Positions 7,358-16,435 of a stretch of DNA of 64,000 nt are shown piece after piece. The translations under genes and the position numbers were made by a program. How positions within the stretch are numbered: the first letter of the stretch is position 1; every line of letters starts with the position of its first letter. The notes beneath the pieces are model-generated. The model searched no databases. It saw nothing but the letters and a program-made list of their open reading frames with translations, and had not been told where the DNA came from. Origin of the DNA: Candidatus Aminicenantia bacterium (GTDB lineage Bacteria; Acidobacteriota; Aminicenantia; UBA2199); contig CBDDBX010000027.1 in assembly GCA_965225955.1 (NCBI GenBank), positions 9,057-73,056 of the forward strand, written 5' to 3'.

Positions 7358-8941
7358 ATGTCAATTAAGAATTTTTTGATTGGAGGGCTTTTATCTGCCC
7401 TTGTTATGACACCTGTTTTTGGTGAGGATGATGCTTGTACTACTATTACAGTTGGTAAGAAGGCTTCAACTGATGGTTCTGTTATGACTTCACACACCTG
7501 TGATTCAAGAACCACAAGAACATGGATAGATATTGTGCCTGGAAAGAAGCATAAACCCGGTACAATGAGAAAGGTTTATGGTTCAACTGAGAGAACTGTC
7601 AGTGCAGACAACTTATCAGCAAGAAAGCTGAGAGGTGAGATTGCTCAGCAGGCAAGAACCTATAAGTATTTCAACTCTGCTCTGCCTTTTATGAATGAGA
7701 ATCAGGTTGGTATTGGTGAAGCTACTTTTGGTGGCAAAAAAGAGATGAAAAGTGATAACGGACTCATCGACTACAGGGAGCTTAACCGCCTTATGGCTGA
7801 GAGAGCTACTTCTGCAAGAGATGCTATCAGAGTTGCTGATGAGGTAACTAAGAAGTATGGTTATATCTCCGGTGGTGAGTGCTTCACTATTGCTGATACT
7901 AAAGAGGTGTGGCATCTTGAAATTGTTGGCCCTGGTAAGGGTAAAAAAGGTGCTGTATGGGTTGCTCAGAGAGTACCGGATGATCATGTTAGTGTAAATG
8001 CAAACGCTTCAAGAATCAGAGAAGTAAAGACTAATGATAAAGAGAACTTCATGTATTCAGAGAATGTCTTCTCAGCTGCTGAAGAGGCTGGTCTCTGGAG
8101 TAAATCAAGTGGTAAAACATTTGAGTTCTGTTATGTTTACGGTTCAAGAAGAAGTATGGCTTCAAGAAGAAGAGAGTGGAGGGTATTTGATCTCCTGGCT
8201 CCTGGTCTTAAACTAGATCCTAATGGAGAGAATTTTCCTTTTTCAGTAAAACCTGAAAAAAAGGTTGCCCCTTCAGATATTATGAGAATCTTCAGAGATA
8301 CTTATGAAGATACACCTTTTGATATGACCAAATATATGCTGGTTCAGGAGAAGGACGATAAAGGAAAACTTACAGGTAAGTTTGTAAAGAGTCCTTATGC
8401 TAACCCTTTTATGCACTACGATATGATGCCTCTCTTTAAAGTCAATGGTGGTTGGAATGAGATGGGGGAGAGATGTATTGCAAGATACTACTGTACTTAT
8501 GTTACCGTAATTCAGCTGAGAGACTGGCTCCCTAATGAGATCGGTGGTCTTACATGGTTTGGTCTTGATAATACAGCAACCACTTCATATGCTCCTCTCT
8601 ACGCAGGTATGACATCTGTTCCCCAGAGTTACAGAATCTGCGGTCGTCCCGGCTTTAACAGAGATAGTGCATGGTGGGCTTTTAACCGTGTTGCTGACCT
8701 TGCTGCTCAGAAATGGGGCTATATGAGAAAAGATTGTAAGAAGGTCTGGAGTGTTTATGAGAAAGAGGCCTTTGATAAACAGGCTGATATTGAAAAAGAG
8801 GCACTGCGTCTTCATAAAAAAAGTAAAAAGAAAGCATCTAAATACCTCAACAAGTACAGTAACGACTGGATGAACAAACTGGTTAAAGCGTACTGGAAAC
8901 TTGGAGATGATCTCTGGAGTAAATACACAGGAAAATTCTAA
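7358..8941 (+). CDS. Peptidase C69 family dipeptidase (secreted; Cys nucleophile right after the signal peptide).
   Basis: 'ACTTITVGKKASTDGSVMTSHTCD' matches the C69 N-terminal nucleophile region. Signal peptide MSIKNFLIGGLLSALVMTPVFG. GGAGGAG RBS 6 nt upstream of the ATG at 7358. The longer ORF-track start at 7229 reads through repeat sequence and is rejected. Confidence 0.8.
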   Translation: MSIKNFLIGGLLSALVMTPVFGEDDACTTITVGKKASTDGSVMTSHTCDSRTTRTWIDIVPGKKHKPGTMRKVYGSTERTVSADNLSARKLRGEIAQQARTYKYFNSALPFMNENQVGIGEATFGGKKEMKSDNGLIDYRELNRLMAERATSARDAIRVADEVTKKYGYISGGECFTIADTKEVWHLEIVGPGKGKKGAVWVAQRVPDDHVSVNANASRIREVKTNDKENFMYSENVFSAAEEAGLWSKSSGKTFEFCYVYGSRRSMASRRREWRVFDLLAPGLKLDPNGENFPFSVKPEKKVAPSDIMRIFRDTYEDTPFDMTKYMLVQEKDDKGKLTGKFVKSPYANPFMHYDMMPLFKVNGGWNEMGERCIARYYCTYVTVIQLRDWLPNEIGGLTWFGLDNTATTSYAPLYAGMTSVPQSYRICGRPGFNRDSAWWAFNRVADLAAQKWGYMRKDCKKVWSVYEKEAFDKQADIEKEALRLHKKSKKKASKYLNKYSNDWMNKLVKAYWKLGDDLWSKYTGKF

Positions 8942-9433
8942 ACAGGCATTCTGCCATTAAATATCATGGGTCAGGCATGCTTCAGCAAGCTCAGGACTGG
9001 TTGCCTGACCCCTTACATACGTTACCGTATTATGAAATCTTTCAGACCTATTAAACGGGCGCATACTCCGTTACGGTAAAACCATAACTCCGATACGCCC
9101 CTACAAACCGTGTTTCTTATTATCAATATGTTTATTCGCGTGTATTTGCGTCTTTTTTGGCGCCTATTCGCGGTTAATGCTGATTTTTAAACCGTTCGGG
9201 AATTCTGTTTGTCTTATTTTAAGGCGTGCAGGGGGATAAACATCTGATAAATTGGTGTGGCCTGTTAAACGGGCGTATACTCCGTTACGGTAAAACCATA
9301 ACTCCGATACGCCCCTACAAACCGTGTTTCTTATTATCAATTGGGATTGTTTAATAATGTTTTGATTCTAATCTTTATGTTTATTCGCGTGTATTTGCGT
9401 CTTTTTTGGCGTTTATTCGCGGTTAATGCTGAT
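8942..9433. repeat. REP/BIME-like cluster E: an interrupted P1 copy (8968..9017 with a ~23-nt insertion), two R3 long forms (9046..9104 and 9255..9319), and duplicated 'ttattcgcgtgtatttgcg...' modules.
   Basis: Direct sequence identity to clusters A-D. The cluster abuts the stop codon of the downstream minus-strand MATE gene. Confidence 0.8.
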
Positions 9434-10837
9434 TTAAACCGTGCGGGTTTTCCATTTGCCTTTTCTGAAGAGGTAGAGTCCTGTTATTGCCATTACTCCT
9501 TCAGCAATGATTATTGCCAGATAGACCCCTTTTGCATCCAGAGTAGAGTGGAGTGCAAGGTATATCGCCAGAGGGATTTCAAGAGCCCAGAAGCAGAATA
9601 TGTTTATAATAGTTGGAGTCATTGTATCTCCTGCTCCGTTAAAGGACTGTACCATAACCATTCCTATTCCGTAGAAGATGAATCCGTAACTTATAAATCT
9701 CAGAGCCGTTGCACCATGCTCTATAAGCAGAGGATCTGCAACCTGATTTATGTTGATGAGTTTTATGAAAACTTCAGGTATTGTAGCGAATACAATTCCC
9801 AGAATCCCCAGAATAGCAACATTGGTCATACTGGCAATCCATACAGCTCTTTCAGCTCTGTCAGATCTTTTTGCACCAAGGTTCTGACCTACAAGGGTAG
9901 CCGCTGCATTACTCAGTCCAAGAGACGGAAGAAGTGCAAAGATGATAACTCTTATGGCAATAATGTATCCTGAAGCTACCTTTGCTCCGAAGTTGTTAAC
10001 TATCTTCATGAGAATGATCCAGCTGGAAGTAACAATAATTGATTGCCCTATTCCACCTATAGATAGTTTGAATATTCTCTTCATTATGGATAAGTCGGGA
10101 ATAAAACTCTTAATATCTACTTTTACAACCCCTTTGCCCCCAAACAGAAGGTAGAACTGGTATATAACAGCAACACCACGACCTATATTTGTGGCAACTG
10201 CTGCTCCGGTAACACCCATTTCAGGAAAAGGGCCTAAACCGAAAATAAGACAGGGGTCCAGAATAATATTCAGAAGGTTTGCGAGCCACAGTACCCTCAT
10301 GGACCTTGCAGCATCACCGGAACTTCTGAAAACAGCATTAATTACAAAAAGAAGAAGAATTACACCATTTCCTGTAAGCATAACCTTTGCATAGTTACTG
10401 CCAATGGCTATAGATTCTGCAGGAGCATCCATAAGATGCAGCAGATCTGTAGAGAAGAAGAAGCCAATTGCTGCAATAACTGCAGATACAGCAATTGCAG
10501 CTACAATAGCCTGTCCTGTTACCTTTGATGCCAGTTCAGGTCTCTTTTCACCAATTCTCCTTGCAACCATGGCGGTTGTTGCTGCACTAAGGCCCACGCC
10601 AATTGAGTATACAATTGTTATAAGGGATTCGGTTGTACCAACAGCTGTAATTGCGGAGTCTCCCAGTTTTGAAACAAAGGCTATATCCACAACTGCAAAT
10701 ATTGATTCCATAACCATTTCCAGAATCATTGGAATGGAGAGGAGAAGAATTGAGCGTCCCAGAGGAAGAGAGGTGTAGTCTCTCTGAACGCCTCGAATTG
10801 AGTCAATAATATCTTTTAGTAGTCTTCTGTAGTTCAT
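9434..10837 (-). CDS. MATE family efflux transporter.
   Basis: 467 aa, ~12 predicted TM segments. N-terminal 'LLLSIPMILEMVMESIFAVVDIAFVSKLG' is typical of the MATE/NorM family. Confidence 0.8.
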   Translation of the reverse strand: MNYRRLLKDIIDSIRGVQRDYTSLPLGRSILLLSIPMILEMVMESIFAVVDIAFVSKLGDSAITAVGTTESLITIVYSIGVGLSAATTAMVARRIGEKRPELASKVTGQAIVAAIAVSAVIAAIGFFFSTDLLHLMDAPAESIAIGSNYAKVMLTGNGVILLLFVINAVFRSSGDAARSMRVLWLANLLNIILDPCLIFGLGPFPEMGVTGAAVATNIGRGVAVIYQFYLLFGGKGVVKVDIKSFIPDLSIMKRIFKLSIGGIGQSIIVTSSWIILMKIVNNFGAKVASGYIIAIRVIIFALLPSLGLSNAAATLVGQNLGAKRSDRAERAVWIASMTNVAILGILGIVFATIPEVFIKLININQVADPLLIEHGATALRFISYGFIFYGIGMVMVQSFNGAGDTMTPTIINIFCFWALEIPLAIYLALHSTLDAKGVYLAIIIAEGVMAITGLYLFRKGKWKTRTV

Positions 10838-11019
10838 TTTCTCTCTTTTTGTTGGGATGGAAAACAGTATAGCATCTATATCCTGCCTGTCAATTATTAA
10901 TTTAAGAAGAAAGAACTGCCTCTTCAGGCAGTTCGTTGGGATTAAAAATCTTAAGGAGAACTTCTCTGTTCAAATTCAGGGATGAGTGTAGTGAAGGAAT
11001 AGTTGCAGAAAAATTTTTT

Positions 11020-12348
11020 TTAACTATTTTCTGCTGAAGTAATCTTTATAAATCTTAAGAAAAGAAGGATTGCAGCCAGAGTGAGGCCAATCAGAAGACC
11101 TGTCCAGATTCCTTTAACTCCCATATTTCCATGAAGAGACAGATACCATGCAGCAGGAAATCCAACTACCCAGTATGAGAATATAGCAATAACTGTAGGC
11201 ATTTTGGCGTCAGCCATTCCTCTCAGAGCTCCAAGGCAGACTACCTGAACGCCGTCAGATATCTGGAAAAGAGCTGCAATTATAAGAAGAGGGGAGGCCA
11301 GAGCTATAACATTGAGATCTTCACTGTACCAGGTTGGCATAACATCTCTCATAAGAGTGAATACAATACCGCATAATCCCATAAATGTTCCGGTTAATTT
11401 AACCGCAGTTACTCCTGCACTTCTTGCTCCAGTCAGATCTTTCCTGCCAAGAGCATTTCCTACTCTTACTGATGCTGCAGCTGAGACTCCAAGTCCCGCC
11501 ATATATGTTATTGATGCAAGGCTTATTGCTACCTGGTGAGCTGCAAGAGGGGCTGAACCAAGCTTACCTGCCAGAACTGCTGCTCCGGTAAATGCACCGA
11601 CTTCAAAAAAGTATTGCATACCACTGCCAAGGCCAAGTTTAAAGATCCTTTTTACACTTTTTCTTTCAGGTTTTCCGGGTATAAGTCTAAGTTTGTATTT
11701 CCTGAGTGACGGACTTCTCAGTATGTACCACACCATGGCTACAGCCATTAAGGTTCTGGTAAATAGGGTGGAATAACCAGCTCCATCAAGGCCCATTGCC
11801 GGAAACCCAAGTTTTCCGTGAATAAATACCCAGTTGAATAGTGCGTTAAAAATATTGGCAGCAATTGTTATTACCATAGCAGGAATCATAAGAGATAAGC
11901 CTTCAGCAAACTGCCTGTATATCTGAAAAACAATGAAGGGAATGATGGACCAGCCTATTATATGCAGATAGCTTGATGCCTGGGCTGCTACCTCTGCGGG
12001 CTGATCAAAACGGTGAGTGTGGTTTGAGAGAATAATAACTGCAACAAATAGTATTGCTCCTACAGCGAGAGAGATAATAGCACCTGCATTCATAACAGTT
12101 GAACACTTTCTACTGTCTCCTTTACTTTTTGCCATTGCTACATAAGGAGTAATGGCGTAGGTAAAGCCAAGACCAATAACTAAAAGAAGGAAGAATAGTG
12201 CATTTGAGAAAGATGAGGCTGCAAGAGGAACTGTACCTACTGAACCAACCATAAGACTGTCTACAACTCCCATCATAATGTGCCCCAACTGGCCTGCAAC
12301 AACGGGATATGCAAGCTTAAGTGTCTCTCTGTATTCTTTTGTATCCAT
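11020..12348 (-). CDS. MATE family efflux transporter (second, tandem copy).
   Basis: 442 aa polytopic protein. 'LAYPVVAGQLGHIMMGVVDSLMVG' is typical of the MATE N-terminus. Confidence 0.8.
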   Translation of the reverse strand: MDTKEYRETLKLAYPVVAGQLGHIMMGVVDSLMVGSVGTVPLAASSFSNALFFLLLVIGLGFTYAITPYVAMAKSKGDSRKCSTVMNAGAIISLAVGAILFVAVIILSNHTHRFDQPAEVAAQASSYLHIIGWSIIPFIVFQIYRQFAEGLSLMIPAMVITIAANIFNALFNWVFIHGKLGFPAMGLDGAGYSTLFTRTLMAVAMVWYILRSPSLRKYKLRLIPGKPERKSVKRIFKLGLGSGMQYFFEVGAFTGAAVLAGKLGSAPLAAHQVAISLASITYMAGLGVSAAASVRVGNALGRKDLTGARSAGVTAVKLTGTFMGLCGIVFTLMRDVMPTWYSEDLNVIALASPLLIIAALFQISDGVQVVCLGALRGMADAKMPTVIAIFSYWVVGFPAAWYLSLHGNMGVKGIWTGLLIGLTLAAILLFLRFIKITSAENS

Positions 12349-12501
12349 TTTTTACAACTTTTCTCCCGTCAGATTCTACCTCATAAACTCAAATACAGAA
12401 AGTACATAGAAAATTTTAGTAAAAAAACTTTTATGGTGACACTTGTATCCTGAAGGTGTGTTTAATCATGTTCAATAAGAAAAAAGGTCAGGTATTTAAG
12501 C

Positions 12502-13968
12502 GTGTGTATTAGTTTTTTGAGAAACAAAGAGATCCGTTCCTACTGGATCTTCATTATTTTAACGTTCAATCTGGTCTCCTTTATTCCTTTTAGTAACGAA
12601 GAGACCTATTTTGCACTGGCAAAGCAGTTTGTTGATCCCCAATGGATTCCAGGCTCCTTTACTTTAACAGAGTGGCCCGGAACAAGACTGGTATCCCAGT
12701 ATATTATCGGAGGGCTTCTTAAATATATGAGTTTTGAAGCTCTTGCTTTCTGGGGAAGAGTAGCTGTTTTTGCCTTAACATCCATTCCTCTGGCGGGTTT
12801 GCTGAAGCATTTCAGATTCAGACTACTGGATGGATTGCTGCTTATACAGGTATATGTGATTGCATGGCAGTCATTTTTTGCCGGAGAGTGGATATTCAAA
12901 GCCTTTGAAGGAAAGACTATAGCCTATATTTTTGTTTTCTATTCCCTCATGGCTGTATTTAAGAGGAGATATACAACTGCAGTTACCATGGGTGCTCTTG
13001 CAACCTGGTTCCATGTGCTTGTTGGTGGCTGGTTTATGCTGGCAATCCTTCTCTGGAGACTGGTTGAGTCCGGAAAGTTTTTCAAAGTGGTAAAAGAGGG
13101 ACTTCTTTATACACTTCTGATCTCTCCATTTATATACTATCTGGGAAAGACAATTCTGATGGATAGCAGATCTGTAATAAAAGGGGTAAATCTGGACTGG
13201 GTATATGTGTACTTCAGAAATTCCCACCACACAGCTCCTTTTGGAACTATCGACTGTTTTCTGAAAAATTTTGCCCTTGGTATCGTTCTTTCAATTGTTG
13301 CTTTGGTATTCTTTGTTAAGATCCGTAAAAAACTGGAAGGACCCATAGCAGCTCTTAATAATCTCAATATTGTTATCTTCTCAATCCTTTTTCTCTTTCT
13401 GCTGATAGGAGTATTTGATGTTAACGGTTCAATACTGAAATTCTATACATTCAGACTTTCAGGTTTATCTCTGTTTTTAACCTTTATGGAGCTATTTATT
13501 CTGTTCAGGCTTTTTAAAAAAGATGTAATGGAGAGAAGTAAATTTCAGAGAAATAGTACTGTTGCTCTTCTCCTGCTTTTTATAGCCGGAACAGCGGGAA
13601 ATCTGTACAGCATGAAAAAAGGTATAAGCAGACTTGAATCTATTGGAGCTGTAGCAGTAGGAGCTGCTGAGATTTCTAAAACCGGAGATGTTTTTATGTT
13701 TCTTGAGGATGATGCAGTTGAGTTTATTCGCAAATCCCGGCGTGAACGATTTGTAGTTTATAAGTTTGATCCGGGAGGCGGGGAGAAGATATACGATTGG
13801 TACGTAAGGGTTCTTGCCAAAAGGAAGGTTGAGAAGGATATCTCAGAGCTTGATGAGCTGAAAAAGAGTTACCGTATCGACTTTCTTATAAGTAGCAAGC
13901 CACTGGTTTCTGCCTCTCTTGAAGAGAAGTGGAAGAATAATAAATACTGGATTTATGGTGTCCTATGA
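12502..13968 (+). CDS. Polytopic membrane protein, GT-C-like glycosyltransferase (ArnT/PMT-like candidate) with a C-terminal soluble domain.
   Basis: 488 aa, >=10 hydrophobic segments. The first loop carries an acidic 'SNEETYFALAKQF' motif resembling the DE/DExY loop motif of GT-C enzymes. Stop overlaps the fdtA-like start (ATGA). Confidence 0.4.
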   Translation: MCISFLRNKEIRSYWIFIILTFNLVSFIPFSNEETYFALAKQFVDPQWIPGSFTLTEWPGTRLVSQYIIGGLLKYMSFEALAFWGRVAVFALTSIPLAGLLKHFRFRLLDGLLLIQVYVIAWQSFFAGEWIFKAFEGKTIAYIFVFYSLMAVFKRRYTTAVTMGALATWFHVLVGGWFMLAILLWRLVESGKFFKVVKEGLLYTLLISPFIYYLGKTILMDSRSVIKGVNLDWVYVYFRNSHHTAPFGTIDCFLKNFALGIVLSIVALVFFVKIRKKLEGPIAALNNLNIVIFSILFLFLLIGVFDVNGSILKFYTFRLSGLSLFLTFMELFILFRLFKKDVMERSKFQRNSTVALLLLFIAGTAGNLYSMKKGISRLESIGAVAVGAAEISKTGDVFMFLEDDAVEFIRKSRRERFVVYKFDPGGGEKIYDWYVRVLAKRKVEKDISELDELKKSYRIDFLISSKPLVSASLEEKWKNNKYWIYGVL

Positions 13969-14399
13969 TAGTTAAACAGAGCGGATTAATAGAGTTGCCG
14001 GTAATACCGGATGGTGTGGATGGTATGCTTTCAGTTGGTGAAGCAGAGAAGCATATTCCTTTTGACATAAGAAGAGTCTACTATATCTACAACCTCTGCA
14101 GTTCACAATCTGTAAGAGGTAAGCATGCTCATAAAGAGCTGGAGCAGGTAATATTCTGCCTGAACGGGAGTTTTACTCTTTCTCTTGATGATGGGGAGAA
14201 TCGTGAGGATATTATTATGGATCGTCCTAATAAGGGTATCGTACTTGGTAAAAGACTGTGGCATACAATGCACTCTTTTACAAGGGATACAATAATTATG
14301 GTTCTTGCTTCAGACTACTATGAAGAAGCTGATTACATAAGAGATTACAGAGAATTCAGGGAATATGTGGAAAAGGTGGACACAGATGATAATGTTTAA
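13965..14399 (+). CDS. fdtA: WxcM/FdtA-like cupin, dTDP-4-dehydro-6-deoxyglucose 3,4-ketoisomerase family.
   Basis: 144 aa. 'RRVYYIYN...SVRGKHAHKELEQVIFCLNGSF' matches FdtA/WxcM-family isomerases. Confidence 0.65.
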   Translation: MIVKQSGLIELPVIPDGVDGMLSVGEAEKHIPFDIRRVYYIYNLCSSQSVRGKHAHKELEQVIFCLNGSFTLSLDDGENREDIIMDRPNKGIVLGKRLWHTMHSFTRDTIIMVLASDYYEEADYIRDYREFREYVEKVDTDDNV

Positions 14400-15471
14400 T
14401 GATTTTAAAAGTGAATATAGAGAGCTGCGCTCAGAAATTGACAGTGCAGTGAAAAGAGTTCTTGAGAGTGGATGGTTTATTCTCGGTGAAGAGCTGAGGA
14501 AGTTTGAAGAAGAGTTTGCATCTTATAATGGGGCACAGTACTGTGTCGGGGTAGCAAGTGGAACAGATGCTATAACTCTTGGGCTTAAAGCAATGGGAAT
14601 AAAGGCTGGAGACGAGGTCCTGACAACTTCTGTAACAGCTTATCCAACGATTACAGGTATAGTTCGCAGTGGGGCTATTCCTGTAGTTGTGGATATAGAT
14701 CCTGAAAACGGACTTATAGATATTAATAAGGTAAAAGAGGCAGTTACAGAAGATACTAAAGCTATAGTTCCGGTTCATCTATATGGAGAGGTATGCAATA
14801 TGGATGAACTGATTAGCTTCTCTGAGGAAACCGGTATTCTTATTCTTGAAGACTGTGCTCAATCTGCAGGGTCAACATGGAATGGGAAGAGAGCCGGAAC
14901 CTTTGGGAGCTGCGGTGCTTTCTCTTTCTACCCAACCAAAAATCTTGGAGCTTATGGAGATGCAGGAGCTGTAGTAACAAATAGTAAAGAGATATATGAG
15001 AGAATGGTGGAACTCAGAAATTACGGAGAATCATCAAGATATCACCACACTTCAGAGGGAATAAACAGTCGCCTTGATGAGATCCAGGCAGCTATACTCC
15101 GTACAAAACTTCCTTTTCTGGACAACTGGAATAAGAAGAGAAGTGAGAATGCCGCTTTTTATAGAGAAAACCTCAGACAGGTTGAGTTTATGAAGCCTGG
15201 TGATGAGTCTGAATCCAACTATCACCTCTTTGTAATTAAAGTTGATAACAGAGATAAGTTTCTTGAGTTCCTTAAAGAGAGAGGAGTTGCTTCACTTATG
15301 CACTATCCTCTTCCTGTACATCGTCAGGAGGCTTATAGCGGCATGGTTTACGGTAATACTGTACATGCTGACAGATTTACTACTTCAATATGCTCTCTTC
15401 CGATACACCCATGGCTGACCCGGGAGGAGCTTACTGAAATTGCAGGAGTTATTAATGAGTACCGCAGATAA
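14392..15471 (+). CDS. DegT/DnrJ/EryC1/StrS family PLP-dependent sugar aminotransferase (FdtB/ArnB-like).
   Basis: 'GWFILGEELRKFEEEFASY', 'VGVASGTDAITL' and 'FSFYPTKNLGAYGDAGAV' are hallmark DegT motifs. Start chosen at MFNDFKS, overlapping the fdtA-like stop by 8 nt. Confidence 0.8.
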   Translation: MFNDFKSEYRELRSEIDSAVKRVLESGWFILGEELRKFEEEFASYNGAQYCVGVASGTDAITLGLKAMGIKAGDEVLTTSVTAYPTITGIVRSGAIPVVVDIDPENGLIDINKVKEAVTEDTKAIVPVHLYGEVCNMDELISFSEETGILILEDCAQSAGSTWNGKRAGTFGSCGAFSFYPTKNLGAYGDAGAVVTNSKEIYERMVELRNYGESSRYHHTSEGINSRLDEIQAAILRTKLPFLDNWNKKRSENAAFYRENLRQVEFMKPGDESESNYHLFVIKVDNRDKFLEFLKERGVASLMHYPLPVHRQEAYSGMVYGNTVHADRFTTSICSLPIHPWLTREELTEIAGVINEYRR

Positions 15472-16402
15472 ACTGATATCTGTTGTTATTCCTGTCTATA
15501 ATAGCGAAGATACTATTCCCAGAGTAGTGGAATCTGTACTCGGGGTACTCGATAATGTTGAAATAGTATTGGTTAACGATGGATCAGCAGACAATTCACA
15601 TGAGGTCTGCTCTGATCTGACAGAGAAGTTTAGTGGAAAGGTGCGCTACTACTCTCTTGCCCGTAATGTAGGTGAGCATAACGCAGTAATGGCTGGTCTC
15701 AACTGCTGCAATGGAGATTATGCGGTTATTATGGATGATGATTTTCAGAATCCCGTAAGTGAAGTTAAAAAGCTGGTGAATTATGCACTGGAAAACAGTT
15801 TTGATGTGGTTTACACATATTATGCAGAGAAAAAACACCATCTGTTCCGTAATCTGGGGAGTAAGTTTAATGATAAAGTTGCGAACCTGATGCTTAAGAA
15901 GCCAAAAGGCCTCTATCTTTCCAGTTTTAAGATTCTCAACAGATTTCTTATAGATGAAGTTATAAAATATAGCCTTCCTTTTCCATATATCGATGGCCTG
16001 ATACTCCGTTCAACAGCAAATATAGGGACACTTCAGGTTAAACATGAAGCCCGGGAAACAGGGAAATCCGGCTATACATTTATGAAGCTGCTCTCATTGT
16101 GGTCAAATATGTTTGTGAACTTTTCGGTTCTTCCTCTGAGAGTAACCACTATTGCAGGGTTTATCTTTTCGGGACTGGGTTTTATTCTGGGAATCACAGC
16201 AGTAGTTGAAAAGTTTCTGAATCCTCATCTACCTGCAGGTTATACCCTGCTGGTAACTGCAATAACTATCTTCTCAGGTATTCAGCTGATTGCAGCAGGA
16301 ATGCTGGGGGAGTATCTGGGGCGGATGTTTCTATCACAGAACAGGACTCCCCAATACACTATAAGAGAGAGCTTTGGTACTGAAGAGTTGAAAAAAAAGT
16401 AA
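15455..16402 (+). CDS. GT2 family polyprenyl-phosphate glycosyltransferase (ArnC/GtrB/DPM1-like) with C-terminal TM helices.
   Basis: 'ISVVIPVYNSEDTIPRVVESV...VLVNDGSADNS' and 'VIMDDDFQNP' (DXD); two C-terminal hydrophobic helices. AGGAG RBS 6 nt upstream of the chosen ATG. Confidence 0.75.
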   Translation: MSTADKLISVVIPVYNSEDTIPRVVESVLGVLDNVEIVLVNDGSADNSHEVCSDLTEKFSGKVRYYSLARNVGEHNAVMAGLNCCNGDYAVIMDDDFQNPVSEVKKLVNYALENSFDVVYTYYAEKKHHLFRNLGSKFNDKVANLMLKKPKGLYLSSFKILNRFLIDEVIKYSLPFPYIDGLILRSTANIGTLQVKHEARETGKSGYTFMKLLSLWSNMFVNFSVLPLRVTTIAGFIFSGLGFILGITAVVEKFLNPHLPAGYTLLVTAITIFSGIQLIAAGMLGEYLGRMFLSQNRTPQYTIRESFGTEELKKK

Positions 16403-16435
16403 TTTATCGTTAATTTCATTTCAGGAGGAACAAGT

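Noticed and set aside
2760-9433. Possibility that the interspersed direct repeats form a CRISPR array or an integron attC array
   Set aside because: Repeat units are heterogeneous, modular and occur in both orientations, with irregular spacing and whole genes between them. There is no cas gene and no IntI integrase. The R3 palindrome lacks the RYYYAAC...GTTRRRY attC ends. The GTAG-tagged palindrome plus RAYT fits REP/BIME.
9341-9973. 210-aa plus-strand ORF
   Set aside because: It starts inside repeat cluster E and runs antisense to the well-supported MATE transporter gene. Composition is typical of a shadow ORF.
10191-10778. Plus-strand ORFs 10191..10394 and 10404..10778
   Set aside because: Antisense shadow ORFs inside the MATE transporter gene (9434..10837, minus strand).
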